Sequence record: NC_054926.1
Length of the DNA: 64,000 nucleotides
Reading direction: 5' to 3' (one strand)
Origin: Escherichia phage vB_EcoM_OE5505
Shown here: positions 1-13,786 of the stretch, piece by piece
Position numbering within the stretch: the stretch's first letter is position 1
Layout: every line of letters begins with the position of its first letter
The notes under the pieces: model-generated
Database searches by the model: none
What the model saw: only the letters and a program-made list of their open reading frames with translations
What the model was told of the DNA's origin: nothing
Made by a program: the position numbers and the translations under genes

Positions 1-1653
<1,653 letters not shown>

Positions 1654-1681
1654 TATTAAAGCATATTAAAGAGGATTAAAA

Positions 1682-3661
1682 ATGACTTTATTATCTCCGG
1701 GCATTGAGCTCAAAGAAACTACGGTTCAAAGCACCGTGGTTAATAACTCTACTGGTACAGCAGCTTTGGCCGGTAAATTCCAGTGGGGTCCTGCTTTTCA
1801 GATTAAACAGGTTACAAACGAAGTAGATTTAGTTAATACTTTTGGTCAACCTACAGCTGAAACTGCTGACTATTTTATGTCTGCAATGAATTTCTTACAA
1901 TATGGAAATGATTTGCGAGTTGTGCGCGCTGTCGATAGAGATACCGCTAAAAACTCATCTCCGATTGCTGGTAATATTGAATACACAATTTCTACCCCAG
2001 GTAGTAACTACGCGGTTGGAGATAAAATCACGGTCAAATATGTTTCAGAAGATGTTGAAACAGAAGGTAAAATTACCGAAGTAGATGATGATGGAAAAAT
2101 TAAGAAAATTAATATTCCTACCGCAAAAATTATCGCTAAAGCAAAAGAAGTAGGTGAATATCCAGCATTAGGTTCTAATTGGACCGCGGAAATTTCTTCG
2201 TCTTCCTCTGGTTTAGCTGCAGTAATAACTCTTGGAAAAATTATTACTGATTCTGGTATTTTATTAGCTGAAATTGAAAATGCCGAAGCTGCTATGACAG
2301 CTGTTGACTTTCAGGCAAATCTCGAAAAATATGGAATTCCTGGAGTAGTAGCTCTTTATCCAGGCGAGTTGGGCGATAAAATCGAAATTGAAATCGTATC
2401 TAAAGCTGACTACGCAAAAGGTGCTTCTGCATTACTTCCAATTTATCCAGGTGGCGGAACACGCGCATCTACTGCTAAAGCGGTGTTTGGATATGGACCG
2501 CAAACTGATTCACAATACGCTATCATAGTTCGTCGCAATGATGCTATTGTTCAAAGCGTTGTTCTTTCAACAAAGCGTGGTGAAAAAGATATTTACGATA
2601 GTAACATCTATATTGATGACTTTTTCGCAAAAGGTGGTTCAGAATATATTTTCGCAACTGCGCAAAACTGGCCAGAAGGCTTCTCTGGAATTTTAACTCT
2701 GTCTGGTGGATTATCATCAAATGCTGAAGTAACAGCAGGAGATTTGATGGAAGCTTGGGACTTCTTTGCTGACCGCGAATCTGTTGACGTTCAGTTGTTT
2801 ATTGCGGGTTCTTGTGCCGGTGAATCTTTAGAAACAGCATCTACTGTCCAAAAACACGTCGTTTCAATTGGAGATGCTCGCCAAGATTGCTTAGTATTGT
2901 GCTCACCACCGCGTGAAACTGTTGTTGGAATTCCTGTAACTCGTGCTGTTGATAACTTAGTCAATTGGAGAACCGCATCAGGTTCATACACTGATAATAA
3001 CTTTAATATCAGTTCAACCTACGCAGCAATTGATGGTAACTACAAGTATCAGTATGACAAATATAATGATGTAAATCGTTGGGTTCCATTAGCAGCTGAC
3101 ATTGCTGGTTTATGCGCGAGAACTGATAACGTTTCTCAGACTTGGATGTCTCCAGCTGGTTATAATCGTGGCCAGATTCTTAACGTTATTAAACTTGCTA
3201 TTGAAACTCGTCAGGCGCAGCGCGACCGTTTATATCAAGAAGCTATCAACCCAGTAACTGGTACAGGTGGTGATGGTTACGTATTGTATGGTGATAAAAC
3301 AGCTACTTCTGTTCCTTCTCCATTTGATCATATTAACGTTCGTCGTCTGTTTAATATGTTGAAAACGAATATCGGACGTAGTTCAAAATATCGTTTGTTC
3401 GAATTAAACAACGCGTTTACTCGTTCATCATTCCGCACAGAAACTGCCCAATACTTACAGGGAATTAAAGCTCTCGGTGGAATTTATGAATATCGTGTAG
3501 TTTGCGATACAACAAATAACACTCCGTCAGTAATTGATAGAAATGAGTTTGTTGCAACATTCTACATTCAACCGGCTAGAAGCATTAACTACATTACCTT
3601 GAACTTCGTAGCAACTGCTACTGGTGCAGATTTCGATGAGTTAACTGGTCTTACAGGTTAA
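1682..3661 (+). CDS. 18: Tail sheath protein gp18
   Basis: 659-aa ORF, same length as T4 gp18; sequence recognised; position after gene 17. Confidence 0.95.
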   Translation: MTLLSPGIELKETTVQSTVVNNSTGTAALAGKFQWGPAFQIKQVTNEVDLVNTFGQPTAETADYFMSAMNFLQYGNDLRVVRAVDRDTAKNSSPIAGNIEYTISTPGSNYAVGDKITVKYVSEDVETEGKITEVDDDGKIKKINIPTAKIIAKAKEVGEYPALGSNWTAEISSSSSGLAAVITLGKIITDSGILLAEIENAEAAMTAVDFQANLEKYGIPGVVALYPGELGDKIEIEIVSKADYAKGASALLPIYPGGGTRASTAKAVFGYGPQTDSQYAIIVRRNDAIVQSVVLSTKRGEKDIYDSNIYIDDFFAKGGSEYIFATAQNWPEGFSGILTLSGGLSSNAEVTAGDLMEAWDFFADRESVDVQLFIAGSCAGESLETASTVQKHVVSIGDARQDCLVLCSPPRETVVGIPVTRAVDNLVNWRTASGSYTDNNFNISSTYAAIDGNYKYQYDKYNDVNRWVPLAADIAGLCARTDNVSQTWMSPAGYNRGQILNVIKLAIETRQAQRDRLYQEAINPVTGTGGDGYVLYGDKTATSVPSPFDHINVRRLFNMLKTNIGRSSKYRLFELNNAFTRSSFRTETAQYLQGIKALGGIYEYRVVCDTTNNTPSVIDRNEFVATFYIQPARSINYITLNFVATATGADFDELTGLTG

Positions 3662-3677
3662 TACGGTGCATTCTAAA

Positions 3678-3695
3678 GGCCTGTTTCGGCAGGCC
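3678..3695 (+). terminator. Hairpin after gene 18 (GGCCTG-tttcgg-CAGGCC), possible terminator/attenuator
   Basis: 6-bp perfect inverted repeat 17 nt after the gene 18 stop; no clear U-run, so weak. Confidence 0.35.
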
Positions 3696-3696
3696 A

Positions 3697-3763
3697 TATA
3701 AATACACTATATCCTTAATTCTTTAATTCTATATGCCCTAGGTTAAACATAGGGATATAAATA
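3697..3763 (+). promoter_or_regulatory. Two late promoter cores TATAAATA upstream of gene 19
   Basis: Exact TATAAATA at 3697-3704 and 3756-3763 in the 18/19 intergenic region. Confidence 0.5.
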
Positions 3764-3777
3764 CTACAGAGGCTAAT

Positions 3778-4269
3778 ATGTTTGTAGATGATGTAACACG
3801 AGCGTTTGAATCTGGTGATTTTGCTCGACCTAACTTATTCCAAGTAGAAATTTCTTATCTTGGACAAAATTTTACGTTTCAATGTAAAGCCACTGCTTTA
3901 CCAGCTGGTATTGTAGAAAAAATTCCAGTCGGTTTTATGAACCGTAAAATTAACGTAGCAGGCGATCGTACATTCGATGACTGGACTGTTACAGTAATGA
4001 ACGATGAGGCACATGATGCTCGTCAGAAGTTTGTTGATTGGCAAAGCATTGCTGCTGGGCAAGGGAACGAAATTACTGGTGGAAAACCAGCAGAGTATAA
4101 AAAGAGCGCTGTTGTTCGCCAATATGCTCGTGACGCTAAAACTGTAACAAAAGAAGTTGAAATTAAAGGCCTGTGGCCTACTAACGTGGGTGAACTTCAA
4201 TTAGATTGGGATTCAAACAATGAAATCCAAACCTTTGAAGTAACTCTCGCTCTCGATTATTGGGAATAA
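3778..4269 (+). CDS. 19: Tail tube protein gp19
   Basis: 163-aa ORF, same length as T4 gp19; sequence recognised. Confidence 0.95.
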   Translation: MFVDDVTRAFESGDFARPNLFQVEISYLGQNFTFQCKATALPAGIVEKIPVGFMNRKINVAGDRTFDDWTVTVMNDEAHDARQKFVDWQSIAAGQGNEITGGKPAEYKKSAVVRQYARDAKTVTKEVEIKGLWPTNVGELQLDWDSNNEIQTFEVTLALDYWE

Positions 4270-4301
4270 AATGAATGGGGAGAAATCCCCATCCTGCTTA
4301 A

Positions 4302-5926
<1,625 letters not shown>

Positions 5927-5927
<1 letters not shown>

Positions 5928-6166
5928 TGGAAGGTTTAATTGAAGCTATTAAATCAAACGACCTCGTAGCCGCTCGTAAATTATTTGCTGAAGCCATGGC
6001 TGCAAGAACGATTGATTTAATTAAAGAAGAAAAAATCGCTATCGCTCGTAATTTCTTAATCGAAGGTGAAGAACCTGACGATGAAGATGACGAAGATAGC
6101 GATGATAAAGACGACAAAAAAGACAAAAACTCTGATGAAGATGACGAAGACGAGGATGATGAATAA
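5927..6166 (+). CDS. 67: Prohead core protein gp67 (acidic C-terminal tail)
   Basis: 79-aa ORF with a D/E-rich C-terminus; TAATG overlap with the gene 20 stop; position between 20 and 21 as in T4. Confidence 0.8.
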
Positions 6167-6591
6167 TGCTTCTGATCCCTGAAACTCATGAATTAGTTCT
6201 CGAGAATGTCGAAGCACTTATTCCTGAAGCACAGGGTCGCTTTGACGAATTGTCTTCTGCTTTAAATAAAGACGATATAAATACAATTGTCGAGAATATG
6301 CTTGATGATGAAACTGATTTAGCGGTTGCATTAGCTTCTATTAATGAAAATATGCCGTTAAATGAATTTATCGTTAAACATGTTTCTGCCCGTGGTGAAA
6401 TTACTCGCACTAAAGATCGCAAAACCCGCGAACGTAATGCATTTCAAACTACCGGGTTGTCTAAAGCAAAACGTAGACAAATTGCTCGTAAAGCTACCAA
6501 AACGAAGATTGCCAATCCAGCAGGTCAATCTCGTGCTCAGCGTAAGCGTAAAAAAGCTCTTAAACGCCGTAAAGCATTAGGATTAAGCTAA
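6166..6591 (+). CDS. 68: Prohead core protein gp68
   Basis: 141-aa ORF, T4 gp68 length; basic C-terminus; coupled starts (TAATG) on both sides. Confidence 0.8.
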
Positions 6592-7229
6592 TGAATGAAC
6601 CCCAATTACTAATTGAAACTTGGGGTCAACCTGGCGAAATTATTGATGGCGTGCCAATGCTTGAATCTCATGATGGAAAAGACCTAGGTTTAAAACCCGG
6701 TTTATACATCGAAGGAATATTCATGCAAGCGGAAGTCGTCAATAGAAATAAACGTCTTTATCCAAAACGCATATTAGAAAAAGCGGTAAAAGACTATATC
6801 AATGAGCAAGTTTTAACTAAACAAGCTCTCGGAGAATTAAATCATCCTCCACGCGCTAATGTTGACCCGATGCAAGCCGCTATCATTATAGAAGATATGT
6901 GGTGGAAAGGAAATGACGTATACGGACGAGCTCGTGTTATTGAAGGTGACCACGGTCCTGGAGATAAATTAGCAGCTAATATTCGTGCCGGATGGATTCC
7001 AGGAGTTTCTTCTCGTGGATTAGGTTCATTGACTGACACAAATAAAGGTTATCGTATCGTAAACGAAGGATTCAAATTAACTGTAGGTGTTGATGCAGTA
7101 TGGGGTCCAAGTGCTCCAGATGCATGGGTAACTCCTAAGGAAATTACCGAATCACAGACGGCGGAAGCCGATACAAGTGCCGATGACGCCTATATGGCTC
7201 TCGCAGAGGCCATGAAAAAAGCGTTATAA
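6591..7229 (+). CDS. 21: Prohead core protease gp21
   Basis: 212-aa ORF, T4 gp21 length; sequence recognised. Confidence 0.9.
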   Translation: MNEPQLLIETWGQPGEIIDGVPMLESHDGKDLGLKPGLYIEGIFMQAEVVNRNKRLYPKRILEKAVKDYINEQVLTKQALGELNHPPRANVDPMQAAIIIEDMWWKGNDVYGRARVIEGDHGPGDKLAANIRAGWIPGVSSRGLGSLTDTNKGYRIVNEGFKLTVGVDAVWGPSAPDAWVTPKEITESQTAEADTSADDAYMALAEAMKKAL

Positions 7230-7232
7230 ATA
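7225..7232 (+). promoter_or_regulatory. Late promoter core TATAAATA upstream of gene 22
   Basis: Exact TATAAATA overlapping the gene 21 stop codon. Confidence 0.5.
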
Positions 7233-7259
7233 TTATTATCTAAACAACAGGACTACAAA

Positions 7260-8069
7260 ATGCTTAAAGAACAACTGATTGCTGAAGCGCAAAAAATTGA
7301 TGCTTCCGTTGCTCTTGATAGTATTTTCGAATCAGTTAATATTTCTCCGGAAGCAAAAGAAACTTTCGGCACTGTATTCGAAGCTACCGTCAAGCAGCAC
7401 GCCGTTAAATTAGCTGAATCTCATATCGCTAAAATTGCTGAAAAAGCAGAAGAAGAAGTAGAAAAAAATAAAGAAGAAGCAGAAGAAAAAGCTGAGAAGA
7501 AAATCGCTGAGCAAGCTTCTAAATTCATCGACCATCTTGCGAAAGAATGGCTCGCTGAAAATAAATTAGCAGTTGATAAAGGCATCAAAGCCGAACTGTT
7601 TGAATCCATGCTTGGTGGATTAAAAGAGCTCTTTGTTGAACACAACGTTGTTGTTCCAGAAGAATCAGTTGATGTTGTAGCTGAAATGGAAGAAGAGCTG
7701 CAAGAACATAAAGAAGAATCAGCTCGTCTGTTCGAAGAACTCAATAAGCGTGACGCATATATCAATTATGTGCAGCGTGAAGTGGCATTGAGCGAAAGTA
7801 CTAAAGATCTGACTGAGTCTCAAAAAGAAAAAGTCTCTGCTCTGGTCGAAGGTATGGATTATTCAGATGCATTCTCAAGTAAATTGAGTGCCATCGTAGA
7901 AATGGTGAAGAAGTCTAATAAAGATGAAAGCACTATTACTGAGAGTATAAATACTCCTGATACTGAAGCAGCCGGACTGAATTTCGTCACTGAAGCTGTA
8001 GAAGATAAAACTGCACCTGGTGCAGAAGATATTGTAAGTGTATATGCGAAAGTCGCATCTCGTTTCTAA
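7260..8069 (+). CDS. 22: Prohead scaffold protein gp22
   Basis: 269-aa acidic, coiled-coil-rich ORF; T4 gp22 length and position. Confidence 0.9.
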   Translation: MLKEQLIAEAQKIDASVALDSIFESVNISPEAKETFGTVFEATVKQHAVKLAESHIAKIAEKAEEEVEKNKEEAEEKAEKKIAEQASKFIDHLAKEWLAENKLAVDKGIKAELFESMLGGLKELFVEHNVVVPEESVDVVAEMEEELQEHKEESARLFEELNKRDAYINYVQREVALSESTKDLTESQKEKVSALVEGMDYSDAFSSKLSAIVEMVKKSNKDESTITESINTPDTEAAGLNFVTEAVEDKTAPGAEDIVSVYAKVASRF

Positions 8070-8087
8070 TTTTAAAGGTTAACACAA

Positions 8088-9653
8088 ATGACTATCAAAA
8101 CTAAAGCTGAACTTTTGAACAAATGGAAGCCATTACTGGAAGGTGAAGGTTTACCGGAAATTGCTAATAGCAAACAAGCGATTATCGCTAAAATCTTTGA
8201 AAACCAGGAAAAAGATTTCCAGACAGCTCCAGAGTACAAAGACGAAAAAATCGCCCAGGCATTTGGTTCTTTCTTAACAGAAGCTGAAATCGGTGGTGAC
8301 CACGGTTACAACGCTACTAACATTGCTGCTGGTCAGACTTCTGGCGCAGTAACTCAGATTGGCCCAGCTGTTATGGGTATGGTACGTCGTGCTATTCCTA
8401 ACCTGATTGCTTTCGATATTTGCGGTGTTCAGCCGATGAATAGCCCGACTGGCCAGGTATTCGCACTGCGTGCAGTATATGGTAAAGACCCAATCGCTGC
8501 TGATGCTAAAGAAGCATTCCACCCAATGTATGGTCCAGATGCAATGTTCTCTGGTCAGGGTGCTGCTAAGAAATTCCCAGCTCTGGCTGCTAGCACACAA
8601 ACCAAAGTAGGTGATATCTATACTCACTTCTTCCAGGAAACTGGTACTGTATATCTGCAAGCTTCTGCTCAAGTAACAATTAGTTCTACTGCAGATGATG
8701 CAGCTAAATTAGATGCTGAAATTAAGAAACAAATGGAAGCTGGCGCATTGGTAGAAATCGCTGAAGGTATGGCTACTTCTATCGCTGAACTTCAGGAAGG
8801 TTTCAACGGTTCTACCGATAACCCATGGAATGAAATGGGCTTCCGTATCGATAAACAAGTTATCGAAGCTAAATCTCGTCAGCTGAAAGCTGCTTACTCT
8901 ATCGAATTAGCACAAGACCTCCGCGCTGTTCACGGTATGGATGCTGATGCTGAACTGTCTGGTATTCTGGCTACCGAAATCATGTTGGAAATCAACCGTG
9001 AAGTTGTTGATTGGATTAACTACTCAGCTCAGGTTGGTAAATCTGGTATGACCCTGACTCCGGGTTCTAAAGCTGGTGTATTTGACTTCCAGGATCCGAT
9101 TGATATTCGTGGTGCTCGCTGGGCGGGTGAATCCTTTAAAGCTCTGTTGTTCCAGATTGACAAAGAAGCAGTTGAAATTGCTCGTCAGACCGGTCGTGGT
9201 GAAGGTAACTTCATTATCGCTTCCCGTAACGTAGTTAACGTTCTGGCTTCAGTTGATACTGGCATTTCTTATGCTGCACAGGGTCTGGCTACCGGCTTTA
9301 ACACTGATACTACCAAGTCAGTATTTGCTGGTGTTCTGGGTGGTAAATACCGTGTATATATCGACCAGTATGCTAAACAGGATTATTTCACCGTAGGTTA
9401 TAAAGGTCCGAACGAAATGGATGCTGGTATTTACTATGCTCCATATGTAGCTCTGACTCCGCTGCGTGGTTCTGATCCGAAGAACTTCCAACCGGTAATG
9501 GGATTCAAAACTCGTTACGGTATCGGTATCAACCCATTTGCAGAATCCGCTGCTCAGGCTCCGGCTTCTCGCATCCAGAGCGGTATGCCTTCTATTCTGA
9601 ATAGCCTTGGTAAAAACGCTTACTTCCGCCGTGTATATGTTAAAGGTATCTAA
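8088..9653 (+). CDS. 23: Major capsid protein gp23
   Basis: 521-aa ORF, T4 gp23 length; sequence recognised. Confidence 0.97.
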   Translation: MTIKTKAELLNKWKPLLEGEGLPEIANSKQAIIAKIFENQEKDFQTAPEYKDEKIAQAFGSFLTEAEIGGDHGYNATNIAAGQTSGAVTQIGPAVMGMVRRAIPNLIAFDICGVQPMNSPTGQVFALRAVYGKDPIAADAKEAFHPMYGPDAMFSGQGAAKKFPALAASTQTKVGDIYTHFFQETGTVYLQASAQVTISSTADDAAKLDAEIKKQMEAGALVEIAEGMATSIAELQEGFNGSTDNPWNEMGFRIDKQVIEAKSRQLKAAYSIELAQDLRAVHGMDADAELSGILATEIMLEINREVVDWINYSAQVGKSGMTLTPGSKAGVFDFQDPIDIRGARWAGESFKALLFQIDKEAVEIARQTGRGEGNFIIASRNVVNVLASVDTGISYAAQGLATGFNTDTTKSVFAGVLGGKYRVYIDQYAKQDYFTVGYKGPNEMDAGIYYAPYVALTPLRGSDPKNFQPVMGFKTRYGIGINPFAESAAQAPASRIQSGMPSILNSLGKNAYFRRVYVKGI

Positions 9654-9668
9654 TCTTTGACGATTTAA

Positions 9669-9700
9669 GGGACCTTCGGGTCCCTTTAGTTGTTTTTATG
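9669..9700 (+). terminator. Rho-independent terminator after gene 23
   Basis: GGGACC-UUCG-GGUCCC hairpin (UUCG tetraloop) followed by TTTAGTTGTTTTT. Confidence 0.7.
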
Positions 9701-9701
9701 G

Positions 9702-9709
9702 TATAAATA
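9702..9709 (+). promoter_or_regulatory. Late promoter core TATAAATA upstream of gene 24
   Basis: Exact TATAAATA directly after the gene 23 terminator. Confidence 0.5.
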
Positions 9710-9736
9710 AATCATATAAACTGAAAGGAAAGCGCA

Positions 9737-11020
9737 ATGGCTAAAATCAACGAACTTCTGCGCGAATCAACCACAACGAATAGCAACTCAATCGGTCGCC
9801 CAAATCTCGTTGCTTTGACTCGCGCTACCACTAAATTAATATATTCTGACATTGTAGCAACGCAAAGAACTAATCAACCTGTTGCTGCTTTTTATGGTAT
9901 CAAATACCTTAACCCGGATAACGAATTTACATTTAAAACTGGTGCTACTTACGCCGGCGAAGCTGGGTATGTAGACCGAGAACAAATCACAGAATTAACA
10001 GAAGAGTCTAAATTAACTCTCAATAAAGGCGATTTATTCAAATATAATAACATCGTTTATAAAGTATTAGAAGATACACCATTTGCTGATATTGAAGAAA
10101 GCGATTTAGAATTAGCTCTTCAGATTGCAATTGTTCTTTTAAAGGTTCGTCTATTTTCTGATGCTGCAGTAACAAGCAAATTTGAAAACTCTGATAGCGA
10201 AATTGCGGATGCTAGATTCCAGATTAATAAATGGCAAACCGCAGTTAAATCTCGTAAACTTAAAACTGGCATCACAGTCGAATTAGCACAAGATTTAGAA
10301 GCAAATGGATTTGATGCTCCTAATTTCTTGGAAGATTTGCTTGCAACTGAAATGGCGGATGAAATCAATAAAGATATTCTACAGTCTTTGATTACAGTAT
10401 CAAAACGCTATAAAGTTACAGGAATTACTGATACTGGATTCATTGATTTGAGTTATGCATCTGCACCTGAAGCTGGTCGTTCATTATACCGAATGGTGTG
10501 TGAAATGGTTTCACATATCCAAAAAGAATCAACTTATACAGCAACGTTCTGTGTTGCTTCAGCTCGTGCCGCTGCGATTCTTGCTGCATCAGGTTGGTTA
10601 AAACATAAACCAGAAGATGACAAATATCTTTCACAAAATGCCTACGGGTTCTTAGCTAATGGTTTACCGCTTTATTGCGATACCAACAGTCCATTAGATT
10701 ATGTAATCGTTGGTGTAGTAGAAAATATTGGTGAAAAAGAAATTGTTGGATCAATTTTCTATGCCCCGTATACAGAAGGTCTTGACTTAGATGACCCTGA
10801 ACATGTAGGTGCATTTAAAGTTGTAGTTGATCCAGAAAGTTTGCAGCCATCTATCGGTTTATTAGTTAGATATGCTTTATCTGCAAATCCTTACACTGTA
10901 GCAAAAAATGAAAAAGAAGCAAGAGTAATTGATGGTGGAGACATGGATAAAATGGCGGGTCGTTCAGATTTGTCTGTTTTATTAGGTGTTAAGCTACCAA
11001 AAATTATCATTGATGAATAA
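9737..11020 (+). CDS. 24: Capsid vertex protein gp24
   Basis: 427-aa ORF, T4 gp24 length; paralogue of gp23; no ORF between 23 and 24 (segD position empty). Confidence 0.95.
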   Translation: MAKINELLRESTTTNSNSIGRPNLVALTRATTKLIYSDIVATQRTNQPVAAFYGIKYLNPDNEFTFKTGATYAGEAGYVDREQITELTEESKLTLNKGDLFKYNNIVYKVLEDTPFADIEESDLELALQIAIVLLKVRLFSDAAVTSKFENSDSEIADARFQINKWQTAVKSRKLKTGITVELAQDLEANGFDAPNFLEDLLATEMADEINKDILQSLITVSKRYKVTGITDTGFIDLSYASAPEAGRSLYRMVCEMVSHIQKESTYTATFCVASARAAAILAASGWLKHKPEDDKYLSQNAYGFLANGLPLYCDTNSPLDYVIVGVVENIGEKEIVGSIFYAPYTEGLDLDDPEHVGAFKVVVDPESLQPSIGLLVRYALSANPYTVAKNEKEARVIDGGDMDKMAGRSDLSVLLGVKLPKIIIDE

Positions 11021-11026
11021 AACAAA

Positions 11027-11050
11027 GGGACCGAAAGGTCCCCCTTTTTA
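11027..11050. terminator. Bidirectional terminator between gene 24 (+) and rnlB (-)
   Basis: GGGACC-GAAA-GGUCCC hairpin flanked by T-runs, between convergent genes. Confidence 0.6.
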
Positions 11051-11051
11051 T

Positions 11052-12056
11052 TTAACTTACCAATTCAATCCAAGCCGGACGAAGTACATCTTGTACCATT
11101 TTAACTAATTCCTTCTTAATCAAAGAAGGATTATCCGCTTGAGTTAGAGTAATACCTTCACGAGAAGTTTCTTCCAAAATATCTTGAACCGTTAGTCCCA
11201 TCACCTTTCCAAAATCTTTTGGACCAATTTCACCAATTTTAGAAATAACGTTATTTACTCGGTTCAGTGTAACGTAACAAGCTAAAATTCCAACCAATTT
11301 GTTATCAGCTTCTGACAACTCAACTTTAGCTTTAATAGGCTTATCAGACTTTTTCTTTTCACTAAATTTAGAGTTCTTGCATTTGATAGCTACGCGATTG
11401 CCATTAGGCATCCAAGAAGGATAACAAGGTTTCAATACATATCCTTCAGCGGTAAATACTTCGCCTTTTACTTCAGCATTCCAAACGCATTTATTTGCAT
11501 CAACTAATCCAGCATGGTCTACCGTAAAATTATAATCCTGGACGACAGAATCTAAATCATTTGGCAATTTAATAAGTTCTTCAAATTTACCGCGACCTAA
11601 AAGTGGAGCCATTTTAAATTTAAATGTATTGCAGAATGATTCCATCATATAATCATCGACATAAGTCACATCACCACTTTCTGTAGTAACAATAATGTCA
11701 AATACATAAAAATCTTTATCGCCATAATCGACATTCTTCTGAATGCCAGGTCCGGCGAATTCACCGAAGACTTGATAAGATACAACCGCTGAAGTTTCCA
11801 TAATATCTTGTACTGCTTTAATGGAATCAGCGTAATTCTTCAAAATAATTTCATACCCAAAGAAATCTTCAGCAGGAAGAATAGGACCAGTGCGTTTAGC
11901 ACAAGTTACTTTATCACGCTCAATAATTAATGAGAAATTTGTGCCATGAATCTTTTCACGAGCTACCCATTCGCCACCAGTCAATCCTAAACTATAAAGT
12001 TTTTCAATGAATTTAGAATTGTAATGATTTTCAAGACTGCTATACTTTTTAAACAT
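11052..12056 (-). CDS. rnlB: RNA ligase 2 (Rnl2)
   Basis: 334-aa ORF, T4 Rnl2 length; nucleotidyltransferase lysine motif KIHGTN; sequence recognised. Confidence 0.9.
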   Translation of the reverse strand: MFKKYSSLENHYNSKFIEKLYSLGLTGGEWVAREKIHGTNFSLIIERDKVTCAKRTGPILPAEDFFGYEIILKNYADSIKAVQDIMETSAVVSYQVFGEFAGPGIQKNVDYGDKDFYVFDIIVTTESGDVTYVDDYMMESFCNTFKFKMAPLLGRGKFEELIKLPNDLDSVVQDYNFTVDHAGLVDANKCVWNAEVKGEVFTAEGYVLKPCYPSWMPNGNRVAIKCKNSKFSEKKKSDKPIKAKVELSEADNKLVGILACYVTLNRVNNVISKIGEIGPKDFGKVMGLTVQDILEETSREGITLTQADNPSLIKKELVKMVQDVLRPAWIELVS

Positions 12057-12065
12057 AATTAATCC

Positions 12066-12344
12066 TCAAAATGTAATTTCTAACCAATCACCATCACGCT
12101 GATCACTATTGACTTTAAAGCTAAATCCTTCTTTTCTCAGCCAATCACCAATTTCTTCAGTAATCAATTTATCGCGAGCAGTACAATAATAACTAAAATA
12201 TGTTTTACCTTGTTCAGCTGCTTTATTAGCAAGTTCCGAAAAATCTTTAATAAAACACTCTAGCTTAAACTGTTTACTTTTAAGTGCTTTTTCGCGTAAT
12301 CGATTAGCAAAAGATTCATTTTCATAAAGATCATACTGTTCCAT
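12066..12344 (-). CDS. Hypothetical protein (position of T4 24.2)
   Basis: 92-aa ORF with ATG start, tightly packed upstream of rnlB. Confidence 0.6.
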   Translation of the reverse strand: MEQYDLYENESFANRLREKALKSKQFKLECFIKDFSELANKAAEQGKTYFSYYCTARDKLITEEIGDWLRKEGFSFKVNSDQRDGDWLEITF

Positions 12345-12347
12345 TTT

Positions 12348-12545
12348 TCACCTTTTATTAATATGTCTTTTTCTATAGACAACTTTTTCTCGAGTTTCAA
12401 ATTTATTCTTAGCAGTCATAGCTCGAGCCCATAATACAGCCACTTCTTTCGCCTGTAAGTTTAATTCACGAGCAATTTCAATGAATGACTTTCCAGACTC
12501 ATGAAGAGTAAACACCACAACCTCAGTTCTCATAATCAATCTCAT
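12348..12545 (-). CDS. Small hypothetical protein with possible helix-turn-helix (position of T4 24.3)
   Basis: 65-aa ORF; the segment SGKSFIEIARELNLQAKEV looks like an HTH; basic C-terminus. Confidence 0.55.
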   Translation of the reverse strand: MRLIMRTEVVVFTLHESGKSFIEIARELNLQAKEVAVLWARAMTAKNKFETREKVVYRKRHINKR

Positions 12546-12599
12546 GTTATCGAGTTGATGCCATTATATACATCATTTTCTGAGTATGTTTTGTGTGCT

Positions 12600-12628
12600 T
12601 TCAAAATGAAGAAAGGGGCCGAAGCCCC
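12600..12628 (-). terminator. Terminator-like hairpin after hoc
   Basis: On the minus strand GGGGC-uucg-GCCCC followed by a T-rich run, just past the hoc stop. Confidence 0.5.
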
Positions 12629-12640
12629 TTATGATTATGA

Positions 12641-13777
12641 TTATGGATAGGTATAGATGATACCAGTTTCTAAAGCAGTTTTATGAATGATGTATCCATT
12701 GCGTGATTCTTGAACATCAACTTCTGGATAGTCTTTCATCATCTTCTGAAGAGTGTAACGATGCAGGTAGTATTTACTGTCTGGATCTTCAGTTTTCCAA
12801 TCTTTACCTTCTTCGGTCATTTTTTGGATTTCATCCATAACCCACCAACCGCACCAGATATAAGCTGAAGTACGATGTGGAAGAGGATGAACATAAGGCA
12901 ATTCACCTTCTGGTTCCGGAGCAACTTTATCAGTTACCTGAACTTGGCCTGTTGCTTTAACTGTTTTACTATCATAGTCGGTTGCTGTAACGACAGCAGT
13001 AACTTCAATAGTTTGACTTCCAATAGATGAGGTGTCAATGGTGTATACGTTAGTTGACCCTTCTACAGGAGAAGAATCTTTCTTCCATGAATAAGTAATT
13101 TATGCTGCTTCAGGTGCTCCAGTAACATTAGCCGTAAATGTAGCCGAAGCATCTTGCTGAACGTTAATAGAAGGAGGAGTCAATGTAACCTGTGGATTCA
13201 TTGTCTTCTTATTAACTGTCAATGATACTTCATTAGAAGTAACTTCCTTTTCATTGTAATTTTCTGCAGTTACTTGCGCTACACATTTAATTCTTTTTAC
13301 TCCACTTGTAGTTGGAGTATAGTTAAATGTAGAGTTAGTTTCTCCACCAATTTGAGAATCATCTACATACCACTTATATGTAGCAGACGCTCCATCAGGT
13401 TGAGAAGCTAAGGCAGCAGTAAATTGAACTGGAGTTCCGATTACTCCTTCCGAAGGACTATCAGGAGTTACTGTTATTGTAGTAGTCTGTGTCTTATTTT
13501 GAACTGTGATAGTTGTCGTAGTTTCTGCTGTTTCAGGTTCAGCTTCAGATTCTGGAACTGTATTTGTTGCAACCACCTTAATAGTCTTTTGACCTGCAGG
13601 TCCTTTTAGTACATAGCTAAAAGTTGCTTCAGCTCCATCCTGTGGAACATTATCTACACTCCAAGCATAGGTAATAGTTCCACCTTCAGTTTGACCACTG
13701 GGTGCAGCAGTAAACTGCTTGGTTTCATCAATAACTCCTGTTGGGGTTTTAGGAGTTATATCAACTGTAAAAGTCAT
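12641..13777 (-). pseudogene. hoc: hoc (outer capsid decoration protein) interrupted by one in-frame TAA
   Basis: The 225-aa ORF (13100-13777) and the 86-aa ORF (12641-12901) are in the same frame. Translating across the gap gives ...TGAPEAA*ITYSWKKDSSPVEGSTNVYT...EGELPYVHPLPHRTSAY..., with the only stop at plus 13100-13102 (TAA on the minus strand). The downstream part is the recognisable Hoc C-terminal domain. Confidence 0.85.
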
Positions 13778-13786
13778 AAGTTATCC

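Noticed and set aside
9654-9736. Looked for a homing endonuclease gene between genes 23 and 24
   Set aside because: Only 83 nt of spacer holding a terminator hairpin and a late promoter; no ORF.
12641-12901. 86-aa ORF called as a separate gene
   Set aside because: It begins at a TTG, is in frame with the upstream 225-aa ORF, and encodes the recognisable Hoc C-terminal domain. It is the downstream part of hoc, cut off by one stop codon.
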